A DNA stretch of 64,000 bases from Eledone cirrhosa (GCA_964016885.1 OZ024743.1:227850001-227914000), one strand, 5' to 3'. Positions 41,801-56,716 are shown, counted from the first letter of the stretch. Notes: a model not told the origin generated them from the letters alone. A program made the numbers and translations.

Positions 41801-44186
41801 CACACAGAGCACACATGGGGCTAATTATGGTATTGATTTTGTTGTTGTTGATGTTATTGAGCAACTAACCTCTAGTCAATTATACCAAGTCTACATGCTG
41901 TTGTTATGTTGTTGTTACAGTACACAACTATGCTGCTTTGGCTTGCCTCCTGTGAAGTTGCACCCCACAGAGATTTCTCAGGTATTTTAATGATAGGGGC
42001 CTCAATCCTATCATTACCTGTTGTTGATATTATTACTTAGCCCAGTGTCAGGGATAACTGAGCAGACTTTTGTCAAAGACATTCCAGCATTTCAGATGTG
42101 ACAATCTTTTTTTTTTGTCTTTCTCAGAAGAGGTTTCTTCCTCATTGTTGGAGAATACTAGGACAATAAGCTATGCCCACCATACATACACACACATACA
42201 CATATATGTATGCATGTGTATATATATGTGTGTGTATGTGTGAGTGTGTAGTGATCCACATGCAATCTGTGATAGTGTCAAATGTGCTCAGCACATAGTT
42301 AATCATTTTAGTAATTCATTTATTCAGAGTTGTACAGACATTCGTACACACACACATGCATGCTCACATACATGTGCGTGTGCACACACACACTCGTGTA
42401 TACTCTCATATGCTTTGATGGCGACAATAGTGCAAGTTCAACCTTTAGCCATGGCAATCATAATGGTTTCTAATTTAGGCAGAAGGCCAGTTTATTTTGT
42501 GATTGAGAAAGTAGTTTAAATTGATTCCAGTTGTTTACTGGTACTTTCTTTTATCAAGCCTAGTAAAGATAAAAGGAAAAGTTGATTTCAACAGGATTTG
42601 AACTTAAACCCCAATGTATGAGAACAAATATTGCAAAATATTGTAATCTGACACTTTAATAACTCTTCCAGTTTGCCACCTGTTTCTGAGACAACGACAA
42701 TCATAATGATATGGTTATCAGTAGTAGTGGTGGTAGTAGTTGTAGTAGTAATAATAATACAACTATATAGTAATATCATAAGTAATAATGACAATAACAA
42801 ACAAATAGATAAACAAAGACATATAAATAAATAGAAACGTGTTTTAATTATTCAATTCTAAGGCTTTGTTTAGAAAATTTTCGAAAATAACCTGATAAAC
42901 TTGGTTAAAAGCAGAGAGGGGTGGGTAGATAGGGGGCAGTGATGGTGCAGTATGATGCCCAACAGCTATGTTGAAACAAACAAAACTGGTAAACATGCAC
43001 ACATACATGTATATACACAATACACACGCATCCGCCCACACACACACACGCACACATATGTACACACTGTATGCAGTTTGAAAAATTATAAATTGATTTT
43101 CAATAGAATACAATTTGTTATTTATTGAATATTCGTGGCATTGTTAAGAAGAAAACAACAAAAAGTAAAATCTAAAGCAAAAGAAAAGGGAAAGCAAAAG
43201 AAAAGGGAAACCATAAAAAGAAGCAACACGAGCAGCAGTAGCAACAACAACAAAAATAATAATAATGATGATTAATAATAATAATAATAATGATAATAAT
43301 GATGTCGATGATGATGATGATGATTATGACAACAAAACTGAGTTGAAAATGTTTTGTTTGCAGATATAATTGGATTACAATTGTGTATCAATATCAGACC
43401 AAGTCACATTGCCTACTGAGTTTAACACACATACATACATTTATACTCCCCCACATATATGCTTATACATCCACACATATACACACATGAATCTACAGTC
43501 ACACATATAACACACATGCTCATAAATACACATAGATGCACAAATGTATATACATACACATTTACACACATATATTTGCATTGACAATTGCTCATGTACC
43601 ACACATTCACACATTCTTTTACATCCACACACACATGCTCATACAATCTATCCACACAGACATATATACTAATCCAACCCTACACATGCTTAATACATCC
43701 ATGCACACATACACATACATATTAAGCAACACACACGCACATGCTCATACATCCAAGCTCACACATATCTATATAAACATGCATGTACATAGAACCACAT
43801 CCATGCACATACACACACATACACATACACACAGAAAAATCGTTCTTTGTTTCTCGCACCTAATTTCAATAAAATCAACAATAATATTTGTTACAATTAT
43901 TATTATGCTCATTATAATAATTATAATAATCATTTATTCATCATCATCATCATCATCATTATTCTAATTATTATTATTATTACTTTAAATATCAATTTAA
44001 CTGAAATAAAATGTCAACAGCTATTTCTCAATAGTACCTTCAGCAAGACTTTTGAGAAAACTTGAGAAATGTCAGAGGCAGCAAGTGGAAAGCTGTGTGT
44101 GATGGTGGTGGTGGGTTGTTGATGGTGGTGGTGGTGGTGACAGTGTGTGTGTATGTATGTATGTATGTATGTATGTATGTATGATT

Positions 44187-44220
<34 letters not shown>

Positions 44221-44929
44221 AACAGAGTGATTGGGAGACAAACAAAGTGACTGTGAGAGAGAAAACTGAGAATGATTGAGAACAAGATAGAGAATGGGAG
44301 AGAGAGAGAGAATGGGAGAGAGGGGGAGACAGAGAGAGGGAGAGAGAGAATGGGAGAGAGAGATTGAAAGTGAGAAAGAAAGAGAGTAAGAAGCAGAACA
44401 GTTAGGAGAAAAACAAAAACCTATTCAGTGTATGTGTATTGAACTGTTGGTTTGAGATTGTGTATATGTGTGTGTTTGCACTAGTATACATATGTATGTA
44501 TATCAATGTATGTATGTATGTATATGTGTATCTATGTAAACAATGCTGTGCATTTTATGAATGAATGCACATTGTGTGTGTCTATATGTGTGAAACAGAA
44601 GGAAAAAGGTATTATGAGGAAGACTGGATGGACAGGCTCTAAGATAGACTGTGACACAGAAAGAACCATATAGAGATAGACAGAAGCAATAAGGATTATA
44701 GACTTTCTAGAGTGGAATGTGATAAAACCTTAAAGGTTACAGAGTACAAACCAGGGTATTTAGTTATCAAACAAGAATTCCAGATCAGCCAGCAAACCAA
44801 CGAGCCAGGTTACCAGCCAGCAAGCCACCCAACCAACTACCTGAATTCCAGCCAGCCATCTAAGAAGGCAAGCAACATGCCAGCCAACCAACCAGACAGC
44901 CACAATTACAACAAAGAAACCAGCCGGCA

Positions 44930-45485
44930 GTCAACCAACCAACCAACCAACCAACCAGCCAGCCAGCCAGACATCCAGACATCCAACCAGACCACCAACC
45001 ATCCAACCAACCAGCTAGCTAGCTAGCCAGGCACCATTCAATCCATCCATCCAACCAACCAGACCACCAACCAACCAACCAGCTATCCAGCCAGCCAGAC
45101 ATCCATCCAACCAACCAGACATCCATCCAACCAGACCACCAACCATCCAACCAACCAGCTAGCTAGCCAGGCACCATTCAATCCATCCATCCAACCAACC
45201 AGACCACCAACCAACCAGCTAGCTAGCCAGGCACCATTCAATCCATCCATCCAACCAACCAGACCACCAACCAACCAGCCAGCTATCCAGCCAGCCAGAC
45301 ATCCATCCAACCAACCAGACATCCATCCAACCAGACCACCAACCATCCAACCAACCAGCTAGCTAGCCAGGCACCATTCAATCCATCCATCCAACCAACC
45401 AGACCACCAACCAACCAGCCAGCTATCCAACCAGCCAGACATCTATCCAACCAACCAGACCACCAACCAGCCAGCCAACTAGCTA
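44930..45485. repeat. Complex (CCAA/CCAG/CCAT)n minisatellite with a 200-bp higher-order unit
   Basis: Marker gcaccattca at 45031, 45171, 45231 and 45371 (140+60 periodicity). Confidence 0.88.
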
Positions 45486-46110
45486 GTCAGACAGCGATCC
45501 ACCCAACAAACCAACCAGCCAGCCGATATGTTGTTGTTGTTTCTATCTAGATCAGACATTAGATAATTCTTAAGGGAATCTCTCTTGGTTCTCTGTATAA
45601 AAGATCAAGGAATGAGGTGATTTAGGTAGTAGCTGGTGGCAGTGGTTGTAGTTGTAGTAATGATGGCTGTAGTTGTGGTAGTAGTAGTAATGATTGTAAT
45701 AGTTGTGATGGTAGGGGTGATGTGGTAAGGGTGCGATGAAGGACAAGGCAGGAAGTAAAAAGGAAGAGGATGAGCTGGAGGTCTAAAAAAATCAGAGTAG
45801 AATTTGGAGAATAGGAGAGAGATGCAGGAGAGCAGGAGAGTGGAGGGCAGAATGTGAGGTGCTTGGAGGTGGACATTTAAATACGTACAGAGACACATGC
45901 ATAAATATACACACACAAAAAAAAAACCGAAAAATAACAGGCAGGAGGTGTTAAAAGTAACAAAAGAAAACTAGATTATGAAAAATATCTACTAAACAAT
46001 ATGGTGTGTGTGTATGTGTGTGCATGGGGATGGGTGCATATATATGTTCTAATGATTGTGTCATCTCTCTCATGCTCTCTCTACACACACATATATATAT
46101 GTATATCATA

Positions 46111-46312
46111 TTTAATATAGAAAAAGCTTCTACAGGACTAGAACTGTTTCATTCAAAAGAAATCATCAGGATACACCTGATGATTTCTTTTGAATGAAGC
46201 AGCTCTAGTCCTATACAAGCCATTTTTATATTAAACATGATGTTTACACTCTATTAATGTATTGAGTACCTTACTAACTGTGGTTACCCCCGATTGAACT
46301 TGGGACTCACAC
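46111..46312. mobile_element. Hammerhead-bearing fold-back element family 2
   Basis: Imperfect inverted arms 46111-46170 / 46176-46235 around ATACA; the right arm extends to ...gaacttgggactcacac; homologous to 28734-28938. Confidence 0.75.
46126..46174 (-). ncRNA. Type I hammerhead ribozyme motif (family 2, ephrin sense strand)
   Basis: GTATC-CTGATGA-TTTCTTTTGAAT-GAAA-CAG-TTCTAGTC-CTG-TA^-GAAGC: intact core, 4-bp stem III, GUA cleavage triplet; stems I and II are weak. Confidence 0.55.
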
Positions 46313-46319
46313 AACACAG

Positions 46320-46352
<33 letters not shown>

Positions 46353-46465
46353 CAAATATATGGGCCATAAATAAACAACACAGACACAAATATCAACTTA
46401 TATAATAAAGAATCATCATCATCATCGATTAACATCCATCTTCCACGCTAGCATGGGTTAGACGG

Positions 46466-46743
46466 TGGTTTTTCAAAAAGGAGTGGGGGAGAAACTATAA
46501 GTAAATAAGGTACTCAATACTTTAGTAGGGAAAATGTACATTTATTTCATATAGAAAAGACTGTCAGGACTATAACTGCTTCATTCAATCATCAGGAATG
46601 CCCAATCCTGATGATTTTATATGATTGAAGCAGTTCTAGTCCTCTGAGGAAGTCATTTCTATATGAAATGTTTATGTATCTTCTCTATTAATGTATTGAG
46701 TACCTTATTTAACTGTGTTTTCTTGCCACTCCTTTGGAAAACT
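46466..46743. mobile_element. Diverged family 2 relative, nearly symmetric fold-back (~135-bp arms)
   Basis: Centre tcatcagga-atgcccaa-tcctgatga; aaggtactcaatac / gtattgagtacctt and ggagtgg / ccactcc in mirrored positions; GAAA mutated to GAAG in both arms. Confidence 0.65.
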
Positions 46744-46951
46744 AGTCTTAATCATATCTGTGCCTGTGTTTATGTCCCATGACCTAACAGTTTGACAAAA
46801 ATGAATTCAATAAAATGAGTACCAGACTTAAATAAGTGCTAAGATCAATTAGATTGATTACATTTCATTCAGGCAGTGCTCCAGCACAATCTGACAGAAA
46901 CCAGGGAAAAAAAATGTACATAAATATGTATATAATTATACATTTGTGAGT

Positions 46952-46988
<37 letters not shown>

Positions 46989-47733
46989 TGAGTGAGTGAG
47001 AGTTTGTATCTCCTGAGTCCACTGAAGCCCTCTATTTACTTAGCTGCAAAACTTGACTGGATAGAGTTGCTTATTGAAACAATAAAACAGCATTAACATT
47101 CAGCTGAAAATTAACCATAACTAACCAGGAAGTGTTGCTATAATAGGATGAAATGCGAATAAAAATATACAAAAAAAAAATATATGTATATAAACATACA
47201 CACACACACATATATATACACCATGAGAGAGAAAGAGTGAGAGGTAGAGCTGATTGACTTGAGTGGTATTGGGAAAATTTGAAAGTCATCCCAAATGACT
47301 AAAACCATTGTGGCTCCCTATAAATAGTTGAAAACATCAGGTAAAGTATCTCTAGAGACAAAAGCTTAAAGACAGAAAATCAGTAGCCAGGAATCCTTTA
47401 GAATCAGGGCTAACACACTCACTTATAATATGAGAGTTGCAGGGTTTGATTCCTCACAAATACCTCTGTACTCTTTTTTCCATCTTCAAGGGTACTTTAT
47501 TCATTTTGTTCAAGTATTATTTTTACAAATAAAATTGAAACTTCTACATCATATATATCATCACCATCATTTTACACCCGATTTCCATATATATAGTTCA
47601 AGGAAATGACAAAACAGAGGTAGAAAAAGTCTTATTAGTTTCACACTTTATATGGAAAAGGGTAAAGAAAGTTCAACGTGTCAGGCTTTAACCATTCAAC
47701 AGGAGTACAAACATAGAGACAGGATCACCAAGG

Positions 47734-47764
<31 letters not shown>

Positions 47765-47789
47765 TATATATAAAAACATACATATACAT

Positions 47790-47850
<61 letters not shown>

Positions 47851-47854
<4 letters not shown>

Positions 47855-47926
47855 TCTATTTATGTATGTATGTATATATGTATATGAGAATAAGTCAAGA
47901 GGAACAACCCACCTTCTAGTCCACCC

Positions 47927-47996
<70 letters not shown>

Positions 47997-48076
47997 TCTA
48001 TTTATGTATGTATGTATGTATATATGTATATGAGAATAAGTCAAGAGGAACAACCCACCTTCTAGTCCACCCCACA
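47851..48076 (+). repeat. Direct duplication of an ~80-bp segment separated by (TA)n
   Basis: tgcatctatttatgtatg...gagaataagtcaagaggaacaacccaccttctagtccaccccaca at 47851-47930 and 47993-48076. Confidence 0.9.
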
Positions 48077-48473
48077 GATGGTAATTAAAGAGAAATTGGG
48101 TGGGTCTATGAATTTCAAGCATTTTCAAAGAGAATAGGTTTTGCTAAAACATTATCTGTTACTTCAATTAAACAAGGTCTTAACTTATGCTTTTCTTCCT
48201 AAATAATTATTTCTTGCTTCTCTCCACCTCACTAACAACACTATTTTGTTAGCTTCCTTATGGATTATCAACAACTCTCTTAGCCTTGACGTTTTCTCAA
48301 AACATCTACCAACAACAAAACAATGTCGGAGTCTATTTATGGTCTCTGAACCTGCTAGCAATAACAGCTAAATCACCCACATACCTTCCTCCTCAAATTA
48401 TGAAAAGGGAGAGACACAGATAAGATCATCATTAGTATACTTCTGATAAAGTGTGCAATCAGTCTAGGCAGAC

Positions 48474-48566
<93 letters not shown>

Positions 48567-50130
48567 AGAGCAAAAATCACGAGCACTCTATCTCAAAATT
48601 ATTTTTGAAAAGCATAAGAAATGCGCAACCGGTAAAAACTTAAAACTAAAACTGAATACTAACTAATACTTATTACTAATTTATACTTATTCCTAATTAA
48701 ACTATTTTTTACTGGGAAAAATTTGTCAGCATTTTCTTTTCCTTTTTGCTAATGTATATATATTTTTTGTTTTAATTTATTTATCTCTATTGTTCTGTCT
48801 GTCTCAATCTCTGCCTGCCTAACTCACAGTTTGAATCTGTCTTTTTCTCTCTTCTATTCTGTGCCCTCCTGTGTATCTCTTTCTGTCTTTTATATATACA
48901 CACACAATCTGCCTGTGTCACTCTGTTTCTTTTTAAAATTCGCTCACATAAATATATATATATTTTACATAATTCCAAACAGAAAACTTCATGGGGTTTC
49001 CCTGTGATAAGCATGGGTCAAGTGTTTTTATCTGAGTGGGTATAGAACGTGCCCATATGCTTATCTTTATTACATGCATGACTGGGGAGGGTTTGGAAGA
49101 GGAAGCAAATAAATATATAAAAAACAAAATAAAGCAACTATTATCATAATCATCACAGTCCTATGCAAGCAAGACAATCACTCTTGCCTCAAGTGGGACT
49201 ACCCCCGTCCAAACCCATGCAAGCGTGGAACACGGACGTTAAACGTTGATGATGATGATGATGATCATCATCATCATTTCATCACCATTATCATCATGTA
49301 AAAAGCTAAACATATTTTGAGCCTTCATTCTATACAATCCCTGTATGAAAACTAAAATAAAATTTACAGCTCACATCTATGTATGTTTAGTTGGCCTCCT
49401 ACAAGGTTGATCTCATAGGAGGTTTCTCAAGTGTTTTAATGATAGGATCCCCAGTCATATCACGAAAAGAAATGTCTTGATCAAGAACGCAACATGCCAC
49501 CTAGTCTGGGAATTGAATTCCTGATCATATAATCATCTAGGTTACATCTTTCACCATTCATTTATTATAGCTAACACTTAATCCATTTTGTGGTAATATT
49601 GTCAGTGTGGAGATGAATTGCTGACTGGTTAGGGTGTTGAGCTCACTATATTAAGGTTGTGGGTTTGATTTCCTAGACCAAGCAGTGCATTGTGTTTTTG
49701 AGCAAGAAATTTTATCTTACATTGCTCCAGTTCACTCAGCTAGAAAACACATTGTGATGATATTGTTTCCAAAGTGTATCAACTTTTCCCTTGAACAAAA
49801 TTTGTATCATGGGAGGGGAAAGTGGCATACATGGGCAACTGCTGGTCTTATACCTTGAAGAACTTTCCAGGTGCAAACCCAAGACTAGTCATGATAGAAG
49901 GGGGCCTTCAGGGGCTTCTATATTTCTATTATCATTATAAGAAAATCTAACAAATTGATAGTCTCTTCTCTAGTCTGAACGAATGTTGTAACTATCTATC
50001 AATTTATTTCTCTATCATTAATACTATTTTACAACTGTTTCCACACTGGTATAGCTGGATGTCTCTTTTAAAGATACCCACTTTATACAGTGTACTAAGT
50101 GCATTTTATCATATCACGAGTACTATATAT

Positions 50131-50465
50131 ATCATCATTTCATTTTACGTCCGCTTTTCCCTGCTTGCAAGGATGGGACGGGAACCGATTCTGGCTTGGT
50201 TTCTACAGCTGGATGCCCTTCCTAACACCAACCTCATTTACAGTGAGTGCTGGGTGCTTTTTTGCCGTGGCACCTCCACGACCACTTTGCAGTGGAATGA
50301 TATGGACCCCAGTCCCTATCATCTCATTTCTACAGCTGAGTAAACTGGAGCAATGTGAAATAAAGTGTCTTGCTCAAGGAAACAACACATCACCCGGTCT
50401 GAGAATTGAACTCACAACCTTTCGATTGCAAGACCAATGCTCTAACAACTAAGCCATGTGCCTCC
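50131..50465 (-). mobile_element. Composite ~335-bp SINE (family B tRNA head + family C tail), copy 1
   Basis: Minus strand ggaggcacatggcttagttgttagag..gagttcaattctc..ccttgagcaagacacttt..ggtgttaggaagggcatccagc..gcggacgtaaaatgaaatgatgat. Confidence 0.85.
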
Positions 50466-53400
50466 ACATATACATATATATATATATATATATACATATA
50501 TATATAAGTATATATCACCATCATCATCATTGATTAACGTCCATCTTCCATGCTATATATATATATATATAGGGAGAGATAAGATAGACAGATAGATAAA
50601 TATAGATTGTCATAAAACTTTTAATATTCTTCATGCAGACAGACTCTATCTCTCTCTCTCTCTCTTTCTCACTTTCATTCTCTCCCTCATATCTCACATG
50701 ACTATATCGCTACCAAAATGATCTACCCTCAATTAAACTCAATCTCACATAAATATTAAATTGATTATGAAAAATATATAACTAAATAAATTTAATTTAA
50801 TAAGGTGAAAGGAAGAAAATGAAAACTAGCAATATAGATGAATTATTATGAAGAGGAAATATAAATAAATAAATGGATAAATAAATTGAAATTAAAAACA
50901 AAATTGCTAAGAAAAATCTATTAAAATCCAACAAGAAGTTTATTAAATTCATAAAAAAGAGAAAATGTGAGAAATAGAAGAAAAAAAAAAAAAATTCAGA
51001 GCCAATTTTATGGAAAGATCTCTGGAGATTCATAGCAAATTAATGATGAAGATAATAAAAATAATGATAACAATAATAGTTTCTTTATTAGCCACAACAG
51101 GGTTTACATTAAGAGGACAATAAAGATGGCATTGGATGGTACAGTGTGGGATTATTTTGTGTAAAAAATGTTGATAATAAAGACGAAAAAAATAAACATC
51201 TAAAAAGTAAAACAAATTCACCAAAAGTAGGGAGACATGGAGAAAGCCCACAAAAAGCCACGGTAACCTTGACTGTTAGAGCAAATGCCCTTTCTCAGTT
51301 GCCCTCCACCAATTTACAGAGCAAGCCCATTCGCTCAGAGCATGCTCTCCTCTCTCACCCACCTTTCAATAAACAGGGTGGAAGATAGCATTTTCCACTC
51401 CACCCTGATGTTTTTCTTCAATAATACAAGAGAATGACAGAGGAAATTTTGGCAGATCAATCCTCTGAATACAGGCCTGAAGCTCACTTTTGAGATGGCT
51501 GGAGCAACATGAAACAAAGGGTCTTGCTCAAGGATGCAACACACCATCGGGAATCAAACTCATGACCTTATGATCATCCTAAACTCTACTTAGCCACACA
51601 CCTTCACATAATATGTTTTCTGAAAATGCTGAATATTTTGTTTGCTACTTTGGAACTCGATAAAAGTGTTTCAATTGCTTCTGTATTCAGAAACCTATAT
51701 AAAAAAATACTGCTCCGTTGAAGTGAAGGCCATAATACTTTGTCTCTTTAAGATGTGAGTGTGAAATGGAATAGCAAAAGGAGGAGGTGTATGCAGCCAA
51801 TTCTAAAGTTCATGGCTTTTACATCCTCTCTAAGTAACATCAATGACTTTGGCAATAATGAATAGTAGTAGAGGCTGCTGACATTAAAATGAATGAGAAA
51901 TGATTACATTTCATTGCAGATCATATTTGTATTATCTCATCATCATCAACATCATCATCCTTGGGATTGTTGTTCATTTTATTGTGAATGTCAAAGGATT
52001 TGCTATCTCATAATCTATCTCTCCCACAACTCTGTTTCATAGTTTTATCAAGGCATTTTTTACACCATCTCCACCAGGTTTTCCGGCCAGTAACCACGAG
52101 CTCATAACCAGGTGTCATATTTCCACCAAAAATAATAAATACATAAATAAATGTATTGCCTGAATTGTAACTGTCAAAATGTTAACCCTTTTGTGACAAA
52201 TATTACTAATGAAACTCTGTATGAGCTTAAATTAATTTAAAATAAAAAGAAATAAAATCAAGAATATGGAGAACTTTAAGTAAAATATTTTCACTGTATG
52301 ATTTTAATTTAAATATGAAGAAATTAAAACAAAATGTTTTCTCTTAAAATGGTTACAGACAGATTAAATGTCACTTAATGTCCTGAATAAAACTGCCAGA
52401 GCCATTAGTGAAAACTATTTTCCAGCTTTTGAGCTGATAGTCCAGTCTTTTTTACATTTAGCCTAATGCTTCTCAGTGACCCTTGTCACATTCTTTCCCC
52501 TGCCATTCCAGGTTTATTCACTTCTTCCTCATTTTGAATTGTCACCTAGCAATTTTCCACACAAGCACCATACTAACACAAACAAGTTTTTCAAACCTCA
52601 ATAATTGTATAGTCCTAAATGGAATTAAATCTGCAGAAATATTTTTTTTTTAACTGTTAATTCATGACCCCCCTTATAGTTGGGTCTATTAGTGTTTCAT
52701 TTGAGATATATATATATATATATACAATGTACACCATTCCTCCCTATTTTTTATTTTTCTTCTTTCTTCCACCCCAATGCTCGCTGAGGACCAAGTGCCA
52801 CTCATTTGAAAATCACTGATTTATTCCTTATCCTTACAAGTGGAGCAGGGGTCAAAAAGGAAAGGAGCAGATCATCTGATCAGACCATGGAAACAATGCT
52901 TCCATTGGTCTTTCCATTGCTAATACTATACTATACTATCTATTGGTGACAATTCCTGGCAGAAGAAGCAATGTAAAATAAAATATTTTGTTCAAAAGCA
53001 CATGCCACCTAGTCTAGGTATTGAACCCATGGCCTTATGATCATGAGTTCAACACCCTAACCCCAAGGTCACTTGCCTTCAGAGGTCAGCCTTCTTTATA
53101 TGTGATCTTAATGAACATATTTGAAGCAAGAGCCTTGTGTAGTGAAATCAGCTGACCCTAACAAATACCTGAAGTTATACAGCAACAAATATTGTTTGGT
53201 AATTGATGAGCTTCCAACTGTGGAACAGACGACTCTGTCCAAAATAGACAGAGTTACCATCCTACACCCCCAATGCTTTCAATTCAGCAATTTCAAATAA
53301 CCCTTTATTTCTCAAGGCACAATGCCTTTCTATTCTAGCATCTGCTTACTAAAAGTTCTTTGTTATATTTAACTGAACATTTGCCCAGCATTTCTGCCCT

Positions 53401-55749
53401 ACACATCATCATGATCAACAACAACAATATTAGTAACAAAACCAACATCAACAAGAACATCATCATCAGTAACAACAACCTAATTCTATTGCCAGGCAGG
53501 CACAGTACAGTCATTTGGATAATGTCTCCAAATTTTACTACTTTCTTTTCTCTTTTTCCATCTTCTCTTCCTTCATCTTTTTGGAAGCAAAGTGAAGATA
53601 ATGAGGCTAGTAACCATGGTGATCTACAATACCTGCTGATTGCTGGGAGCATAAAAGAGATGGAGGAGAAATGATGGGAATTGCAGCAACGGCAACAACA
53701 ACAACATAAAAGTAAAGGCAAAAAAAAAAAAGGAAAGTAAAATGAGGAGAATGAAAGAATAGACTGATGACTAGATGAAGGAAAAAGAAAAAAAATGAAG
53801 AAACAAGAATGCATAGAATGAAGATGCAGAGATGAGTTACAGGTGGGAAGTAAAGCTTCCCTTGCTAGTAAATGGCAAATAGGAAGAGGTGAAAGAAGCA
53901 AAAACGAAAACAAATTCATGATGAGTAACAACAACAACAGAAACAACATGAATAAATAAATATAAACTTTTTTTCTTCAATATATATTTTGTTATACAAA
54001 TGTGTGTGTTGTGAGGTGGCAGTGAATACAACCGACGTAACAAATGATGTTTTAAAACTTCCCTAAATGAATGCAACAGAAAATTGTGCAGAAACATGGA
54101 CCAAGGAATCTAATTTTTATAACATATCCCAGTTTTTTGTTGTGTTTTTTTTTGTGTTTTTTTGTTTTTTCTCGAGAAAAGGGAAAGAAAATAATCAATT
54201 ATTGATTTTATATAAAGTTTTCCAGCTTTTTACTGAAGGAATGAAAATAAATAATTTAAGATATTTTATCTTTATATATTTTCTTTTTTTACTTACATTA
54301 AAATAAATAAAAATGAGAGAGGGTGGGGTAGAGATCATAGTTAACCTAGATTGTGAAAGGGAAAACAACCTCAAAATTGAAAATTTTATATGCTAACTAC
54401 GGTGTAATTTAAAAGATACTCAATGATATGGAAGAGAAATTAGATAAAACTTACAGTCTGCTAGATTGTTAAACTTTTATGTTAGATTAACTAAATTCAA
54501 TCAGCTTTCAACTGAGTTTGTACCTAGCTGGAAGAAAAAGGAAAGGAAAGGGTCCCATTTTGGTCATCGCTGGCAATGGGCTTTTTCCCTATCACTGACT
54601 GATCATGGGTTTGCCTCTCTGAGACAAAAGCCTGGGTAAGGTGTTTTGTGGAAGACTAGCAGTTGCCCATGCATACAAGTCTCCCCACCACTGATGATGT
54701 CTGAGGGAATGGTAAAGACCGACCACACCTTAGCACCTGTGTTGTTGGAACTCACACCTGCACTCAGCCTAGTGGATTGGAACAACATGAAAATAAAGTG
54801 CCTTGCTCAAGGATGCAGTGAGCTGCCACATCTGGGAATTAAACTCACAAATTTGCAACAGCGAATCCACCACCCTAACCTTTACTATACAAGATTAACA
54901 AAATTCAATCAGCATTCTTCAGTTCAGCTGGTTACCTAGATGAAAGAATATTTGGGAATTATATGAGTACTGCAATTCGTCAAGGCTACAACTAATTTAG
55001 GTCTTATTAGGTTTGGAAAATAAAAAAAATCATAAAAGAATCAGCTCTCCAAGAGTCATGTAAAGTATTATTAAGGGCAATTAACACGAAGGTTGTAAAG
55101 ACAGAATGTCAGTTATATCTGATTATAAATATAACCCTTTATGCCAAAAATGGCTCATATTGAGAGACATCAAAAGTAAGGCTTCAAGGCTTTTACATAT
55201 AATCTACACATACACACATATATTCACGCACATCAATTATATCATGGAAAAGCCATTTTATATTTATCTATCTATATGGAAAAAGTGGACTTAAATATTA
55301 TATATATATATATATATGTGTCTGTGTGTGTGTGTAATGTGTGTTACTTTATGATGTTTCATATATATTCATTGCATGATAGAAAACAGTGGTATGGCTT
55401 GGGTGAGCTGTTTCTGAAACCAAATATTCATTCCCACTCATATCTAGTTCTCCTAATGGCCCCAGGAGAGTAATGAAATGAATCTCACACCAACACATTT
55501 CTCCTAAAGTTTCATATGCATATATATATATTTATATATATATATATAATATATTAACAAATGGAAACTATATTTATAAAACTATATTTATTTCATTATA
55601 CAGATTTCAAGGGCCACCAAGGCAGATTATGGTGCACTTTCATTAGATAATATATAATATAGATTAGTTTTATAAATAAATATTGACATACCCTGAAAAA
55701 TGCAACCTTCACGGTTGGACTCTACACATATATATATATCATCAGCATT

Positions 55750-56081
55750 ATCATTTCATTTTACGTCCGCTTTTCCCTGCTTGCAAGGGTGGGACGGAAA
55801 CTGATTCTGGCTTGATTTCTACAGCTGGATGCCATTCCTAACACCAACCTCATTTACAGTGAGTGCTGGGTGCTTTTTTGCCGTGGCAACTCCACGACCA
55901 CTTTGCAGTGGAATGGTAGGGATCCCAGTCCCTATCATCTCATTTCTACAGCTGAGTAAACTGGAGCAATGTGAAATAAAGTGTCTTGCTCAAGGAAACA
56001 ACACATCACCCGGTCTGAGAATTGAACTCACAACCTTTCGATTGCAAGACCAATGCTCTAACCACTAAGCCATGTGCCTCC
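55750..56081 (-). mobile_element. Composite SINE, copy 2
   Basis: Near-identical to 50131-50465. Confidence 0.85.
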
Positions 56082-56616
56082 ATATATATATATATATACG
56101 TATATATGGAGGTTGGAAGATCACTGATGAAGGACTAATTTTATTCATATGTAACCCATTTGCAACGACGCAGCACGCCATTTTTTATATATATATGTAT
56201 GTATATATATATATACACATACATACACGCACATGTATGTATGTATCTATATATATCATCATCGCCATCCGTTTTACGTCTATTACATGATCTAGCCAAC
56301 AGGCTGAGGCCATTCTGGCGCACCATATTTTGTTGTATTTTTCAAAATACTACTTTTTTCACTCATTAGTTTTGTTTCTTAACCCTATCCTATTTCTATG
56401 CTTTGTTACTTACACTTTATCCCATTTCTCTTTTCTTTTTAGTTTTCATTTTTTCATTTAATCACATTACATTTTACACCAACTTCTTCCCCTACCCCAA
56501 GATTAAAGCTGTCATAATGCCATTGCATTGATACCAGGGGTGATTACCTCTGATGAACCTTGATAATGAATTGAAATGGAGAATACCATCCAGTGGGAAT
56601 ATACATAATATTATTA

Positions 56617-56716
56617 AGGTTAACTTTGCCTTTCATCCTTACGGGGTCGATAAAATAAAGTACCAGTAATGTGCTGGGTAATTGCTGGCCTTGTGCCTAA
56701 AGTAGAAACAATTATT
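56617..56716 (+). mobile_element. 5'-truncated SINE family A copy
   Basis: Core and 3' end match 11941-12130. Confidence 0.85.

Noticed and set aside
52182-52367. piggyBac-like TTAACCCTTT ends (also 58373 and 63346) and hAT-like CAGTG ends (28692, 52818)
   Set aside because: Terminal repeats too degenerate to define element boundaries by eye; probably old MITE remnants.
53335-53949. 204-aa minus-strand ORF
   Set aside because: Low-complexity trinucleotide-derived sequence with no recognisable domain or splice context.
56124-56160. CTGATGAAGGACTAA resembling the family 3 hammerhead start
   Set aside because: No downstream GAAA/UH or stem I. Other isolated CTGATGA hits near 4850, 56550, 57566 and 61831 also fail to fold.
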